A stretch of 64,000 bases of DNA, from IMG/VR virus record IMGVR_UViG_3300042473_000519. One strand, given 5' to 3'. The DNA is from an uncultured virus (IMG/VR IMGVR_UViG_3300042473_000519) (Duplodnaviria; Heunggongvirae; Uroviricota; Caudoviricetes). Below are positions 19,742 to 29,800 of this stretch, piece by piece. The notes below the pieces were generated by a model. It saw only the letters and a program-made list of their open reading frames with translations, did not search any database and was not told the origin of the DNA. Position 1 is the stretch's first letter; every line of letters begins with the position of its first letter. The position numbers and the translations under genes were made by a program.

Positions 19742-20321
19742 ATTCCAGCGAATTAGCAAAATCTAATAAACTGCTAAATTCTTTTACTTTAGTTTGATGC
19801 GTTAGTTCAAACGCTTTGAGTTTAGACTCGCTATTAGCAGTTTTAATTAAAACAGGAATAGCTTTCATTTTAGTAGATGCTTTAACATCGTTTGTTTCGC
19901 TTCCTACAAAATGCACCCCATCCCATTTGAGATTATTTTCTGATGCCGCACGCTCCCACATACCCGTATTTGGTCTAACATACGGGTCATTTTTATCAGT
20001 ACCCGGTGCATAATAAACATTGCGAACTCGGCCGCCTAGTTGTTCGATAAACTGTCTTGCTCCAGTGATAATATTTTCAAAATCGTGCATTTCTAAAGCA
20101 CGGGTTCTGCTAGAAGGTTGGCCCGTAATAATGATAAAATCGTATCCTTTTTGAGACAGAATCTGTATTGCTTTGTCAACACCTTCTACAGGCATAATTG
20201 CATCACCGGGTGTAAAAACCCGTGTGTTGTCAACCAATACATTGAACAATCCCACACCCATAACCTTGCGGTTTGCCTGCAACTTCCATACTTCTTTGAA
20301 ATATTCCGAATAACGACCCAT
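19740..20321 (-). CDS. GmhB-like HAD IIIA phosphatase homologue with degenerate active site
   Basis: Overall GmhB layout (GV..AI..L..KGY...IIT.Q; .P..GM; FVG....D..A....A.PVL), but the motif I DxD is missing. Confidence 0.7.
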   Translation of the reverse strand: MGRYSEYFKEVWKLQANRKVMGVGLFNVLVDNTRVFTPGDAIMPVEGVDKAIQILSQKGYDFIIITGQPSSRTRALEMHDFENIITGARQFIEQLGGRVRNVYYAPGTDKNDPYVRPNTGMWERAASENNLKWDGVHFVGSETNDVKASTKMKAIPVLIKTANSESKLKAFELTHQTKVKEFSSLLDFANSLE

Positions 20322-20342
20322 GTCAAACTCCTAATTTATATT

Positions 20343-20371
20343 AATTTAGCATTTTTAGCGAGCACAGTCAA
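20343..20371 (-). promoter_or_regulatory. sigma70-like promoter for the GmhB-like gene
   Basis: TTGACT-17-TAAATT with extended TG, followed by an AGGAG SD. Confidence 0.5.
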
Positions 20372-20385
20372 TATATCTGACTATG

Positions 20386-20393
20386 AATAAATA
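20386..20393 (+). promoter_or_regulatory. Late promoter (AATAAATA)
   Basis: Upstream of the structural operon starting at 20414. Confidence 0.6.
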
Positions 20394-20413
20394 CATTGTA
20401 CTAGTGAGACTAT

Positions 20414-21604
20414 ATGAACTTTGCAGACTACTTTGTTAGAGGCTTAAGAAATACCCTAAGACTTAAAAGGGGCGTAAACTGGTCTGTAAAAGGATCTGAA
20501 ATACCTATTCCAACGGCCACTGTGATAGACACGTGGTTTGTTGGTGAGTTTTCCAGTGCGGTTTATGAAATTGTTGCAGAGTACGGAAAAAACGATGTTG
20601 AGCATATTAATGTAAAAATATCAGCTCGCCCTGAACAAGCATCAATTACAGTAAGTGGCAGGAATAATAATGGTAGAGATTTAGTAAGTTTCAGTGCCGT
20701 GGCAGATGCATCTAGGGTAATTGTAACAGCCAGCCCATTTTATCAAGATGATGGTGTTACTCCATTAGTAAATGTCAAGTTAACTTTTAAAGTTACATAT
20801 TTTGAACGTCTAACTCCTACTTATATTCCAACAATTGACGGTGAAAGTTCAAATGCCGGCGGCGAATTAGGTGTGTTCAGAAATTGGAATAACACTAACC
20901 TGTCAGACGGATTCATGATAATTAACGAAACTGGATCCGTGGCAATTGGTAATATTGGGTTAATACAAGTTCCTGGCCAAACCGAGCTTGCTCCAGATTT
21001 TATTCTAACAAAACTAAACATTTTAAATACAGATGGTGCTATTACAATTACAACTGCTCCTAGTGCAATAACGTTTAGTTTAGAAAATATTGCTAATTTA
21101 AATGTAACTACTACATTCACAGCAAATACTGTAGAAGTATCCAATTTTAATAATGTGAACATAGGAACACTTACGCCAGAGTCTGGAACATTTACAGAAC
21201 TGACAGCAATAGGAGCGGTGTCTGCTGTTAGTAATAATCAGCTAATTTCGTTGGCACCAACAGGCAGCGGCACTGTTACAGTCAATCCAGCAACCGTGGG
21301 AACTATAAATAATACCACTATAGGATTAGTAAGTTCTAATAGTGGTTCTTTTACAACGTTCACTGTTAATAATAACGGAATCTTTAACAGCAATAATCAA
21401 ACAGTTAACATAAGCCCTGGCGGTACTGGTACAGTTAATATAGGGCCTAGTAATATAGGTTCTATAGATAATGTAAATGTTGGATCATCAATACCGGCTG
21501 CTGGTAGATTTACTACTATAACAGTTTTAAATCAAAGCACTCAGGGCAATCAACTTATCACACTTGGCCAGTTACAGGCTATTCTTTTAGGAGCAGCAGT
21601 ATGA
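20414..21604 (+). CDS. Tail fibre shaft-like structural protein
   Basis: Three NN..IG......G.FT repeats with P.G.GTV.(I/V) linkers. Confidence 0.65.
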   Translation: MNFADYFVRGLRNTLRLKRGVNWSVKGSEIPIPTATVIDTWFVGEFSSAVYEIVAEYGKNDVEHINVKISARPEQASITVSGRNNNGRDLVSFSAVADASRVIVTASPFYQDDGVTPLVNVKLTFKVTYFERLTPTYIPTIDGESSNAGGELGVFRNWNNTNLSDGFMIINETGSVAIGNIGLIQVPGQTELAPDFILTKLNILNTDGAITITTAPSAITFSLENIANLNVTTTFTANTVEVSNFNNVNIGTLTPESGTFTELTAIGAVSAVSNNQLISLAPTGSGTVTVNPATVGTINNTTIGLVSSNSGSFTTFTVNNNGIFNSNNQTVNISPGGTGTVNIGPSNIGSIDNVNVGSSIPAAGRFTTITVLNQSTQGNQLITLGQLQAILLGAAV

Positions 21605-22275
21605 ACAGTTATACACAACTTGCGGTCAGTGGGCAAGATGCCATTAATCTTCACGCATCCAACAGCGTATTAAATGTGGTGGGAACAAACGGAATAGCTG
21701 TCACAACAAATGCAACCACAAACACGTTGTTTATTAATACCGGTAGCTCAATTGCAGATTTAACAGTGACCAACAGTTTAGCAGTTAATCCAGTGACAAC
21801 TGGTGCAATGAATAACGTTATTATTGGTGCTATAACACCTAAAGCAGGAACTTTTACAACATTAACTGCAACTAGCACTGTAAATCTTAATTCTTCAAAT
21901 GCTGTAATAACATTAAGCCCAACTGGCACTGGAACTATAACAATAGCACCAGCAACAACAGGTTCTATGAATAATGTCACTGTTGGCAATATTACCCCAG
22001 CTGCCGGTGCATTTACTGCATTAACTGCATCAGGCAATGTTGCATTTAGCGGCTCAAATGCAATTATATCTATAACTCCGTCGGGGACTGGAACATTTGT
22101 TGCAAACCCAAATACCACTGGTGATATTAATAATGTTTCAATAGGTGCCACCACAGCATCCACTGGAAGATTCACAACATTAACAATGACCAGCCAGCCT
22201 GCAGGTGTAAACAGTGCCGTTACATTTGGTTATGCAGCCGCCCTAGCAGCCGCATACGGCATGGCAATGGTTTAA
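21601..22275 (+). CDS. Tail fibre shaft-like structural protein
   Basis: Three G..NNV.(I/V)G..T...G.FT.L repeats; 4-nt start/stop overlap with the upstream gene. Confidence 0.65.
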   Translation: MNSYTQLAVSGQDAINLHASNSVLNVVGTNGIAVTTNATTNTLFINTGSSIADLTVTNSLAVNPVTTGAMNNVIIGAITPKAGTFTTLTATSTVNLNSSNAVITLSPTGTGTITIAPATTGSMNNVTVGNITPAAGAFTALTASGNVAFSGSNAIISITPSGTGTFVANPNTTGDINNVSIGATTASTGRFTTLTMTSQPAGVNSAVTFGYAAALAAAYGMAMV

Positions 22276-22285
22276 CGGAAAACAT

Positions 22286-23479
22286 ATGACTACAGTTTCT
22301 AAATTATTTAGATCAGCACACGGCTACGTTAGCCCTTATTTTGTTGTAGATGTGCAAGGAAACTTGGTCACAAATACTATCACTGTGACTGGTACTAAAA
22401 TTGAACTTACTACTGGATCGTATTTAGGTTACAACGGCGATGAGTTACTGACTCCTACCACACTAGGACCAAGTGTAACACATATTGCAGGAACATTGGA
22501 CGGACTAACTGTTGACGGAACTGTTAACATTTCTGGAAATTTAAATTTAACGTTGAATTCTTTTAGTTTAAGTCCAACTTCGACTGGCACATTAAACAAT
22601 GTAAGTATAGGTGTAACAACAGCAGCCGCTGGTAGATTTACTACACTGACCACAACCAGCACAGTGACTTTAAGTCCAACCGGTAATGTAACAATCAGTC
22701 CAACAGGATTGGCCACTATAAGCCCTACCAGTACACTAACACTCGGAACAGCTGGACAGCTTACTACGTTTTTAGGCCAGCTATCAGCGGTATCTACCAA
22801 TCAAACAGTGACACTGAGCCCGCTTGGTACTGGCACAGTTACCATTAATCCAGCAACTGCCGGCACAATTAACAATGTCACCATTGGTGCAACAACGGCA
22901 TTATCAGGAGCATTTACCTCATTATCTGCCACCAGTATAAGTGGCACTGGTTTTAGCAGTTACTTGGCAAGTCCTCCTGCAATTGGCAGTGCCACAGCAA
23001 GTTCTGGAAAATTTACAACTTTAATATCCACTGATGTTACCGCATCCAGCAGTGCAACAACTGGAGCAGTTACAGTGGCTGGCGGTATAGGAGTCAACGG
23101 TGTCAGTTATTTTGGCGCCGCAGTGTATCTAGCTGGCAACCCAACTACTGATTTACAAGCTGCAACAAAAGGTTATGTGGATGCTTCAGGCGGCGGCGCT
23201 TGGTCTACTATCACAACCGCAACAACCGCAGTGGCAGGTGCAAAATATTTTGCCAATACTGCCACATCTGCATTTACCTTGACATTGCCAGCAACACCTG
23301 CAACTAATGCAACCATATACATTGCTGATTTGGCTGGAACATTTGACCGTAACAATTTAACTGTTGCAAGAAACGCCAGTTTGATTATGGGGTTAACAGA
23401 AGATTTAATTTTAAACATAAAAAACGTAAGCGTTGCACTGGTGTATTCAGGCGTAACTTACGGTTGGAAATTGGTATAA
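22286..23479 (+). CDS. Tail fibre protein with C-terminal gp34-like connector domain
   Basis: Same repeats, AATKGYVD motif, then TLTLPATP...I.D..G.F..NNLT(V)...GW. Confidence 0.7.
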   Translation: MTTVSKLFRSAHGYVSPYFVVDVQGNLVTNTITVTGTKIELTTGSYLGYNGDELLTPTTLGPSVTHIAGTLDGLTVDGTVNISGNLNLTLNSFSLSPTSTGTLNNVSIGVTTAAAGRFTTLTTTSTVTLSPTGNVTISPTGLATISPTSTLTLGTAGQLTTFLGQLSAVSTNQTVTLSPLGTGTVTINPATAGTINNVTIGATTALSGAFTSLSATSISGTGFSSYLASPPAIGSATASSGKFTTLISTDVTASSSATTGAVTVAGGIGVNGVSYFGAAVYLAGNPTTDLQAATKGYVDASGGGAWSTITTATTAVAGAKYFANTATSAFTLTLPATPATNATIYIADLAGTFDRNNLTVARNASLIMGLTEDLILNIKNVSVALVYSGVTYGWKLV

Positions 23480-23488
23480 GGGAAATAA

Positions 23489-24895
23489 ATGGCGTTATTA
23501 TCTAATTTTGTAGGTGGGAATGTTCCAGGTCAAGCGTACAAGCAACCTGCATTTGCCTGCTGGAGCAACAACGGCAGTCAAGGCGGCTGGTCCATATATG
23601 ATCACAATTTTCACTGCATTGGTAGATTCATGCTGAATGACAGCAACGTCAACGGCGGAGGTGCAATGACTTCTACTTCAGCAAACGAAATGACTGACTC
23701 ATATTCTGCCAGTGCATTCACCCGAACCAGCACCACCACTGGTAACAATGATACGTATGCACAGTCGCAGTTTAATAATTATCTTGGTAACTGCTTATTG
23801 TCAATAGGCTTCACTCAAGGGTCAAATGCCTGCGGAGACATCATGGGGTCATCTGGGTATGAACAACGTGCCCGTGGTCTTGCAGATTGTGGAGTTATAG
23901 TAAATGAAACCAATCAAGACTATGCAATTTTCATGTCGACTAGCGGTTATTTAAGAATTGGCCAACGCAGTATGAATTGGTACGTGCATCAGCGAGTCGT
24001 CAATACTCAGAATTACACCACAGTCACTGCCAAACAATCTGGTTATAATTTAAATAGTATTCAAGGGCGTATCAGCTATAACGTAAAAACTAAAAAAGTC
24101 TGCATCATTGAAGTCAACGATTCATACGGTGCTAGACCTACTGTGTATAATGCAGTGCCTAATCTTAGATATTATGCACCGTCTTTGTTTAGAGGAGTTG
24201 CAGAGCAGTCTGCCGCATATGCCGCCGGCACTACTGGCCCAGTGTACAACTTTTTTAATACCGCAGCCAATTACAGCACAACATATGTAGCAGCCACTGG
24301 TAAGCCCACAAACAACGGCACTGAAGATAACTATCGAGGCATACCTGTGATGTGTGACAATGATAAAATAGTATGGATACAGATGATTCCTAGTAATAAT
24401 GTTTGGATGAGCAGGTGGAATGCAGATGGTACTCATACCGGTGCATTGATTAATAGAAGTTTGACTACTAGTTACGGAACTGATCAGGGATTTAGATATG
24501 GTATTAGACATCAAGTGTCGTCAGATGGCAGATATGTGTTGGTACATTGCCCGTACAATTATTATGGTTCGGGCACTAAAGTATTCCTAGTGAGAGTCAG
24601 CGATGGCAAAACTGTATGGGATGAAAGTAATGGTGGCAGTTATGCGAATTTTTACACCCCAATTGGCAAGAGTGATTTTGTGAGGTTAGAAAATGTCAAT
24701 GCCGATAGCGGAGCTGGCATACACCATCAAAGTATTTCGAGTGATTCCATAATGAATGAAACAGCGGATCTTGCCCAGGCAAACATATGCAGAACTTATC
24801 TTCCTGGATTTATGCACAGTAATTTTTACTCAACTGATTATCCAGCGTTTGCATCTGTACAATATGATACTGCATTGTTCAATATTAATGCATAA
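23489..24895 (+). CDS. Putative receptor-binding/fibre-tip protein C
   Basis: Asn/Tyr/Gly-rich; paralogue of 24919..26316 (PTNNGTEDNYRGIPVMCDN, VSSDGRYV, TPIGKSDF, STDYP). Confidence 0.55.
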   Translation: MALLSNFVGGNVPGQAYKQPAFACWSNNGSQGGWSIYDHNFHCIGRFMLNDSNVNGGGAMTSTSANEMTDSYSASAFTRTSTTTGNNDTYAQSQFNNYLGNCLLSIGFTQGSNACGDIMGSSGYEQRARGLADCGVIVNETNQDYAIFMSTSGYLRIGQRSMNWYVHQRVVNTQNYTTVTAKQSGYNLNSIQGRISYNVKTKKVCIIEVNDSYGARPTVYNAVPNLRYYAPSLFRGVAEQSAAYAAGTTGPVYNFFNTAANYSTTYVAATGKPTNNGTEDNYRGIPVMCDNDKIVWIQMIPSNNVWMSRWNADGTHTGALINRSLTTSYGTDQGFRYGIRHQVSSDGRYVLVHCPYNYYGSGTKVFLVRVSDGKTVWDESNGGSYANFYTPIGKSDFVRLENVNADSGAGIHHQSISSDSIMNETADLAQANICRTYLPGFMHSNFYSTDYPAFASVQYDTALFNINA

Positions 24896-24918
24896 TATGA
24901 ATCCAAGGAATCGATAAA

Positions 24919-26316
24919 ATGCCAACCTTATTAGGCAATACTTTAACAAATTACACACCAAGCAATGCATACTTGCAGGCAGCGTTTGCAGTGTGGTCAA
25001 ATCAAAGTGCAAATGGCGGCTACTCCATATATGATCATAACTATAATTGCGTAGGTAGATTCATGTTGAATAATAGTAATCGTGGTGGTGGTGGTGCAAC
25101 CATGAGTAGCACAGGAGCACCTAGTAGTGAAGAATACTATGGAAGTAGATATGCGCTAACCAGTAGTCAACCGGGCGGCACATCGGATTGTTACAGTCAA
25201 GGTGCACCAAGTGCAGGATTTTTAGGCAATCTGAGCCATGCCATGGGCTCAGGGTTTGCCGGCGATCTTATTAGAGAAAGTACTGAATTGACTCGACGTG
25301 GCCAAGCCTTTAGAGATGTAGGCACAGTGGTCAACGAATCAGATCAAGTGTATGCTATTTTTAATAACAGTGCTGAAATTTCTGTTGGGCCAAGAAGTGC
25401 AACTTGGTACGGCTTTCAGAGATTTAGTTTAGGCAAAGGCTATGTCACAGTTACTACTAAAAATGCAGGATATAGTAATACTAGATACGGTCGCGTCAGC
25501 TACAATGCCAAAACAAATCAGCTGTGCATTATAGAAAGCAACGGTAGTTATGTTCACAAACCTGTGGTTTACAACAATGTACCAAGATTAAGTCAGTACT
25601 CGAATAGAGAATTTTTTGGAACCACTGAGCAATTAGCAGCCTTTACACAAGCCACTTCCAGCAATCTGTACACATATTTTAACACTGCGGCAAACTACAG
25701 TACTGCGTATGCGGCAAGTACTGGAGTCCCAACTAATAACGGAACCGAAGACAACTACCGGGGCATTCCTGTGATGTGCGACAATGGAAAAATTGTTTTT
25801 GTTAACATGATACCTAGTTATGGATTTTGGGTACACCGATGGGGAACAACTGGCTTAGCAGAAGGTGCAATTGTAAGTCAAAGTAATACCACCAGCTATG
25901 GCATTGACCAAGGTGTGAATTATGGTATTAGATTTGTAGTCAGTTCAGACGGCAGATATGTCATGGCGTACTGTGCAAGTTACTACTACCAAGCTGGAAT
26001 TTACTGTGCATTGATCCGAGTAAGTGATGGCAAAACAATTTATGATTTTGAACATCCCAATAGTCGTGGCTATCAGTTTACACCAATTGGCAAAAGCGAT
26101 TTCATGTGTCAAAACGGTGCAAATGCAAACGGCGGAGCAGGCCTGTATTTCCAGCACATTGCCAGTGATTGGTTGATGAACACCACTGCTGATTCTGCTA
26201 GGGCCAATATGGTACGAACTCAAGCCACTGAAATTATTGGCAGTAACTACAACAGTACAGACTATCCGTGTATTGTGCCGTTAATGTACGACACAAAACC
26301 ATTCAATGATTTATAA
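24919..26316 (+). CDS. Putative receptor-binding/fibre-tip protein D (paralogue of C)
   Basis: Collinear similarity to 23489..24895. Confidence 0.55.
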   Translation: MPTLLGNTLTNYTPSNAYLQAAFAVWSNQSANGGYSIYDHNYNCVGRFMLNNSNRGGGGATMSSTGAPSSEEYYGSRYALTSSQPGGTSDCYSQGAPSAGFLGNLSHAMGSGFAGDLIRESTELTRRGQAFRDVGTVVNESDQVYAIFNNSAEISVGPRSATWYGFQRFSLGKGYVTVTTKNAGYSNTRYGRVSYNAKTNQLCIIESNGSYVHKPVVYNNVPRLSQYSNREFFGTTEQLAAFTQATSSNLYTYFNTAANYSTAYAASTGVPTNNGTEDNYRGIPVMCDNGKIVFVNMIPSYGFWVHRWGTTGLAEGAIVSQSNTTSYGIDQGVNYGIRFVVSSDGRYVMAYCASYYYQAGIYCALIRVSDGKTIYDFEHPNSRGYQFTPIGKSDFMCQNGANANGGAGLYFQHIASDWLMNTTADSARANMVRTQATEIIGSNYNSTDYPCIVPLMYDTKPFNDL

Positions 26317-26328
26317 AACAGGACAATT

Positions 26329-26793
26329 ATGAAATATCTCACATTCGACCCGCTGACTAACGAAGCAACTAATTTTTTCGATGCTGAGTCAGACGCACAC
26401 ACCACCAGCTATGCATATCCATACAATCCAGCAACAGAATTGTTGGCCACCTTGAAGTTGATTGACGGCGTAGTTGTACACACAATGCCAGGCAAAACAT
26501 TGGATCAACAAGTTACAGAATACAACTCAGCTAAAGAAGCGGATTCTTTGCAAAAATATAAAGAATCCAGAATTCCGCAGATCAAGGCTAAGGCTGCTGA
26601 AAAGATAATGGCCCTGGACTGGCAACTAGAAAGAGCCAAAGAACAAGATCAGCTTGAAAATACAACTTCTCGAGTACTTGAAGTGTTACAAGCTAGGCAA
26701 GCAATACGAGATGCAAATAATGCGTTAGAAGCTGAAGTATTGGCGTGTACAACACGCGAAGCAATTGATGCAATTGACATCAAAAACTTTTAA
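26329..26793 (+). CDS. Tail fibre assembly chaperone-like protein
   Basis: Helical C-terminus K..RI..IK......I...DW...RA....RQAIRD..N..E..V..CTT.EAIDAI typical of Tfa-like proteins; follows fibre genes. Confidence 0.6.
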   Translation: MKYLTFDPLTNEATNFFDAESDAHTTSYAYPYNPATELLATLKLIDGVVVHTMPGKTLDQQVTEYNSAKEADSLQKYKESRIPQIKAKAAEKIMALDWQLERAKEQDQLENTTSRVLEVLQARQAIRDANNALEAEVLACTTREAIDAIDIKNF

Positions 26794-26826
26794 ATTACAA
26801 ATCAGCACTAGCAACAATAATTTAAG

Positions 26827-26833
26827 CTAAATA
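26827..26833 (+). promoter_or_regulatory. Late promoter variant (CTAAATA)
   Basis: Intergenic, upstream of GGAG SD and ATG 26862. Confidence 0.5.
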
Positions 26834-26861
26834 ACATTAATAATATTTGGAGAAGTCATAA

Positions 26862-29800
26862 ATGGCCAAAAGTCAGATTAGAAGCTACGTTTTTACCCCA
26901 GGTGTCGCTGGCGTAGGTACTATTAAAGTTCCGGGTAAACTTGACCTTAATCAGTTGTTGATTATTACAAACACCACCCGCAACGTTATTCTTTATAACT
27001 TTGCAGACACAACAAACGCTAGCACAGCAATCAGTTTTAGCAGAGCAAATAGTACGGACTTTCCACATGCATTAGACAGCACTGACGGCATTACCACTAT
27101 TACATTACAAGTTAATACCGCTAGTCATAACGCTAACGATACACTTCAAATATTCTACGAAAAACCCTGGACAGATGTACGTTTGCCAGAAGTTGGTACA
27201 GATGCGTTTGAACGTACTCGTGTATCACAGCCCTTGTCCATGCTGGACGCTGACTTTGAATACGGATTACAACCTACCAAGTGGCAAGCAGTTAGTTTGA
27301 TGCGTGGTTATCCAAGTATTTACGAACTTCCAGGTTCTGATGCAAACGTTAGTGCGGCTGTAACAAATGCTGCAACAGGCGAAAGTTTAATTACCATCAC
27401 AACATCCAGCGTTCACGGATATACAGTTGGTCAGCCCGTCACAATTAAAGGTTTCAACACTGCCATTACTGGTTTTAGTCGTGCTGAAGGAAGTTTTATT
27501 ATTTTTAGTGTGCCTACAACAACTACTTTTACCTATTATGCTAAGGCACAAGTTGGTGTTACAAACGGCGACAATTTATTCAGCCCAATTATTCAACTAC
27601 GTAAGGGTGGTTTTTATACTGGGTCACAAGTAAGTGCTCCACAGTTCACATACAGTGCAGCCGCAACTCCTGTGATCACTGTTACATTTCCAGCTGCCCA
27701 CGGCTTTTTACCTGGCGACACAATTATAGTATCAACTACTAGTGACTCAGGCGACACACTGAATCACAAATTTGCCGGCGGCCCGTTTTTTGTTGAAACA
27801 GTTCCAACATTGACAACACTTACATATACCGCCAGAAGTGCTGTGGTTATCACAGGCACAATTGGTGGTATAATTTACGCTCGTCCTGATGCTTATTTCT
27901 TACATCGTCCATTGGATGGCGGTGTTATTCTAAGCACAGGAAGTCCAAGCTACGGTAGTCATGCAATTCGTATGAGCAAGAAATATATTCGTTATCAATC
28001 TGGTAAAGCCATTAACTACAACACAGGCGCATTGTTTGCTCCTAACTATGACATCAGAAGTGTAACTGCATCTGGTACAACTGTTGGCAGCATTATTACT
28101 ATTATCACAGATGACGTGGATCATTCATGTCAGATTGGCGCAGGTATAGAACTTCACGGAGTACTTACCTCGGGCTATGATGGCTCATACACAGTTACCA
28201 GTATTGTGGATGAAAGAACATTGACAGTACTGGCCACCCAAACACTAGGCGCAACAACTACAGATTTGGCCGGACCAAGTTTCATGGTGGTTAAAAACTG
28301 GACTGGTGCGATTGTTCGTGCAGGCACATTTGACGACCAAAACGGACCTTACTGGCAATACGATGGCCAGACATTGGCAATTGGACGTCGTTCCAGCACA
28401 TTCCAAGTATCTGGAACTATTGCAGTCTCTCCAGATAGCAATATTCTTACTGGAACCAACACTCGCTTTATTGCCCAGTTGGCAGCAGGTGACCGTGTGG
28501 TTGTTCGTGGTATGACTCACGTGGTCAGCCAAGTTAACAGCGATACACAAATCACAGTTACTCCAGACTATCGCGGTGTTAACACCGCATCTGGTATCAA
28601 GATGGCTCGTGTGGTTGACTACACTGTTCCGCAAAGAGAATGGAATGTGGATCGCTGTGACGGCACTGGCGGAGTGCATAACCCCAGCGGTTTTAACATT
28701 GATGTGGGCAAGATGCAGATGATTGGCTTGCAGTGGACATGGTATGGTGCTGGTTTCTGTGACTGGATGATGCGTGGCCCTGATGGACGATACATCACTG
28801 TGCATAGATTGCGTGGTAACAATTTAAATAGAGAAGCTTATCAACGTTCAGGTAACAGCCCAGTTCGTTATGAAGTCATCAACGAAGGTGCAAAGAGTGT
28901 GTTGACAGAAGCAATGACTGACAGTCAAACAACTATTCCAGTATCTGATTTGACATATTTCCCAACAGCTGGCACTGTGTACATTGACAACGAACTAATT
29001 AGATACACTGGCAAAAGTGCCAGTGTTAATGCAGGCAACTTGACAGGTGCAGTTCGTGCCACAACATTCACTCACTTTGTTGCAGGTTCTGCAAGAGCAT
29101 ACAGTGCAGGTGTTGCCGCAACGCATGCCAAGTATGAAGGTGTATTGCAAGTTGCTGCCACAGCAACTCCAAACATCAGTCACTGGGGTAGTGCTTATAT
29201 TCAAGACGGTGGATTTGACCAAGACCGTGGATATTTGTTCAACTATCAAGCCACAAACTTGTTGGTATCAACAACTAAACAAACAGCTTTCATGATTCGA
29301 CTGGCACCCAGCGTGAGCAATGCTCTTATTGGCGACTTGGGTGATAGAGAACTGATTAACCGTGCTCAATTGTTATTACAAGCTCTTGAAATTACGTCCG
29401 ACGGTTACACCGGCACAACTCCATACACGGGTGGTATTGTTATTGAAGGTGTGCTGAATCCACAAAATTATCCACTCAACGTTTCTGACGTGGCATGGAA
29501 CGGATTACAAGGTGCAGGAGCTGGCGGATTGCCCAGTTTCTCACAAGTAGCAAGTGGCGGTGGTATTGTTTGGGCCAGCGGTGCAACGCAGACCACAAGT
29601 TCTATTACGTCAGTGGCGTTTCCAACTGGAACACTTAGCATTGAACTAATTCCTGGTAACAGTAATTCCGTTCTTAGCGGGTATCCGTACTTGTTTATAA
29701 CAGCAGCCAATTACTCAACATATATTGCAGCTGGGCTACAAACTGGGCAACCTATTACAGGATCAAACATACAATCTGGTACTGTTATTAACTCAATAAA

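Noticed and set aside
23489..26316. Paralogue pairs as diversity-generating retroelement template/variable repeats
   Set aside because: Differences are mostly synonymous and not adenine-specific; no reverse transcriptase in the window.
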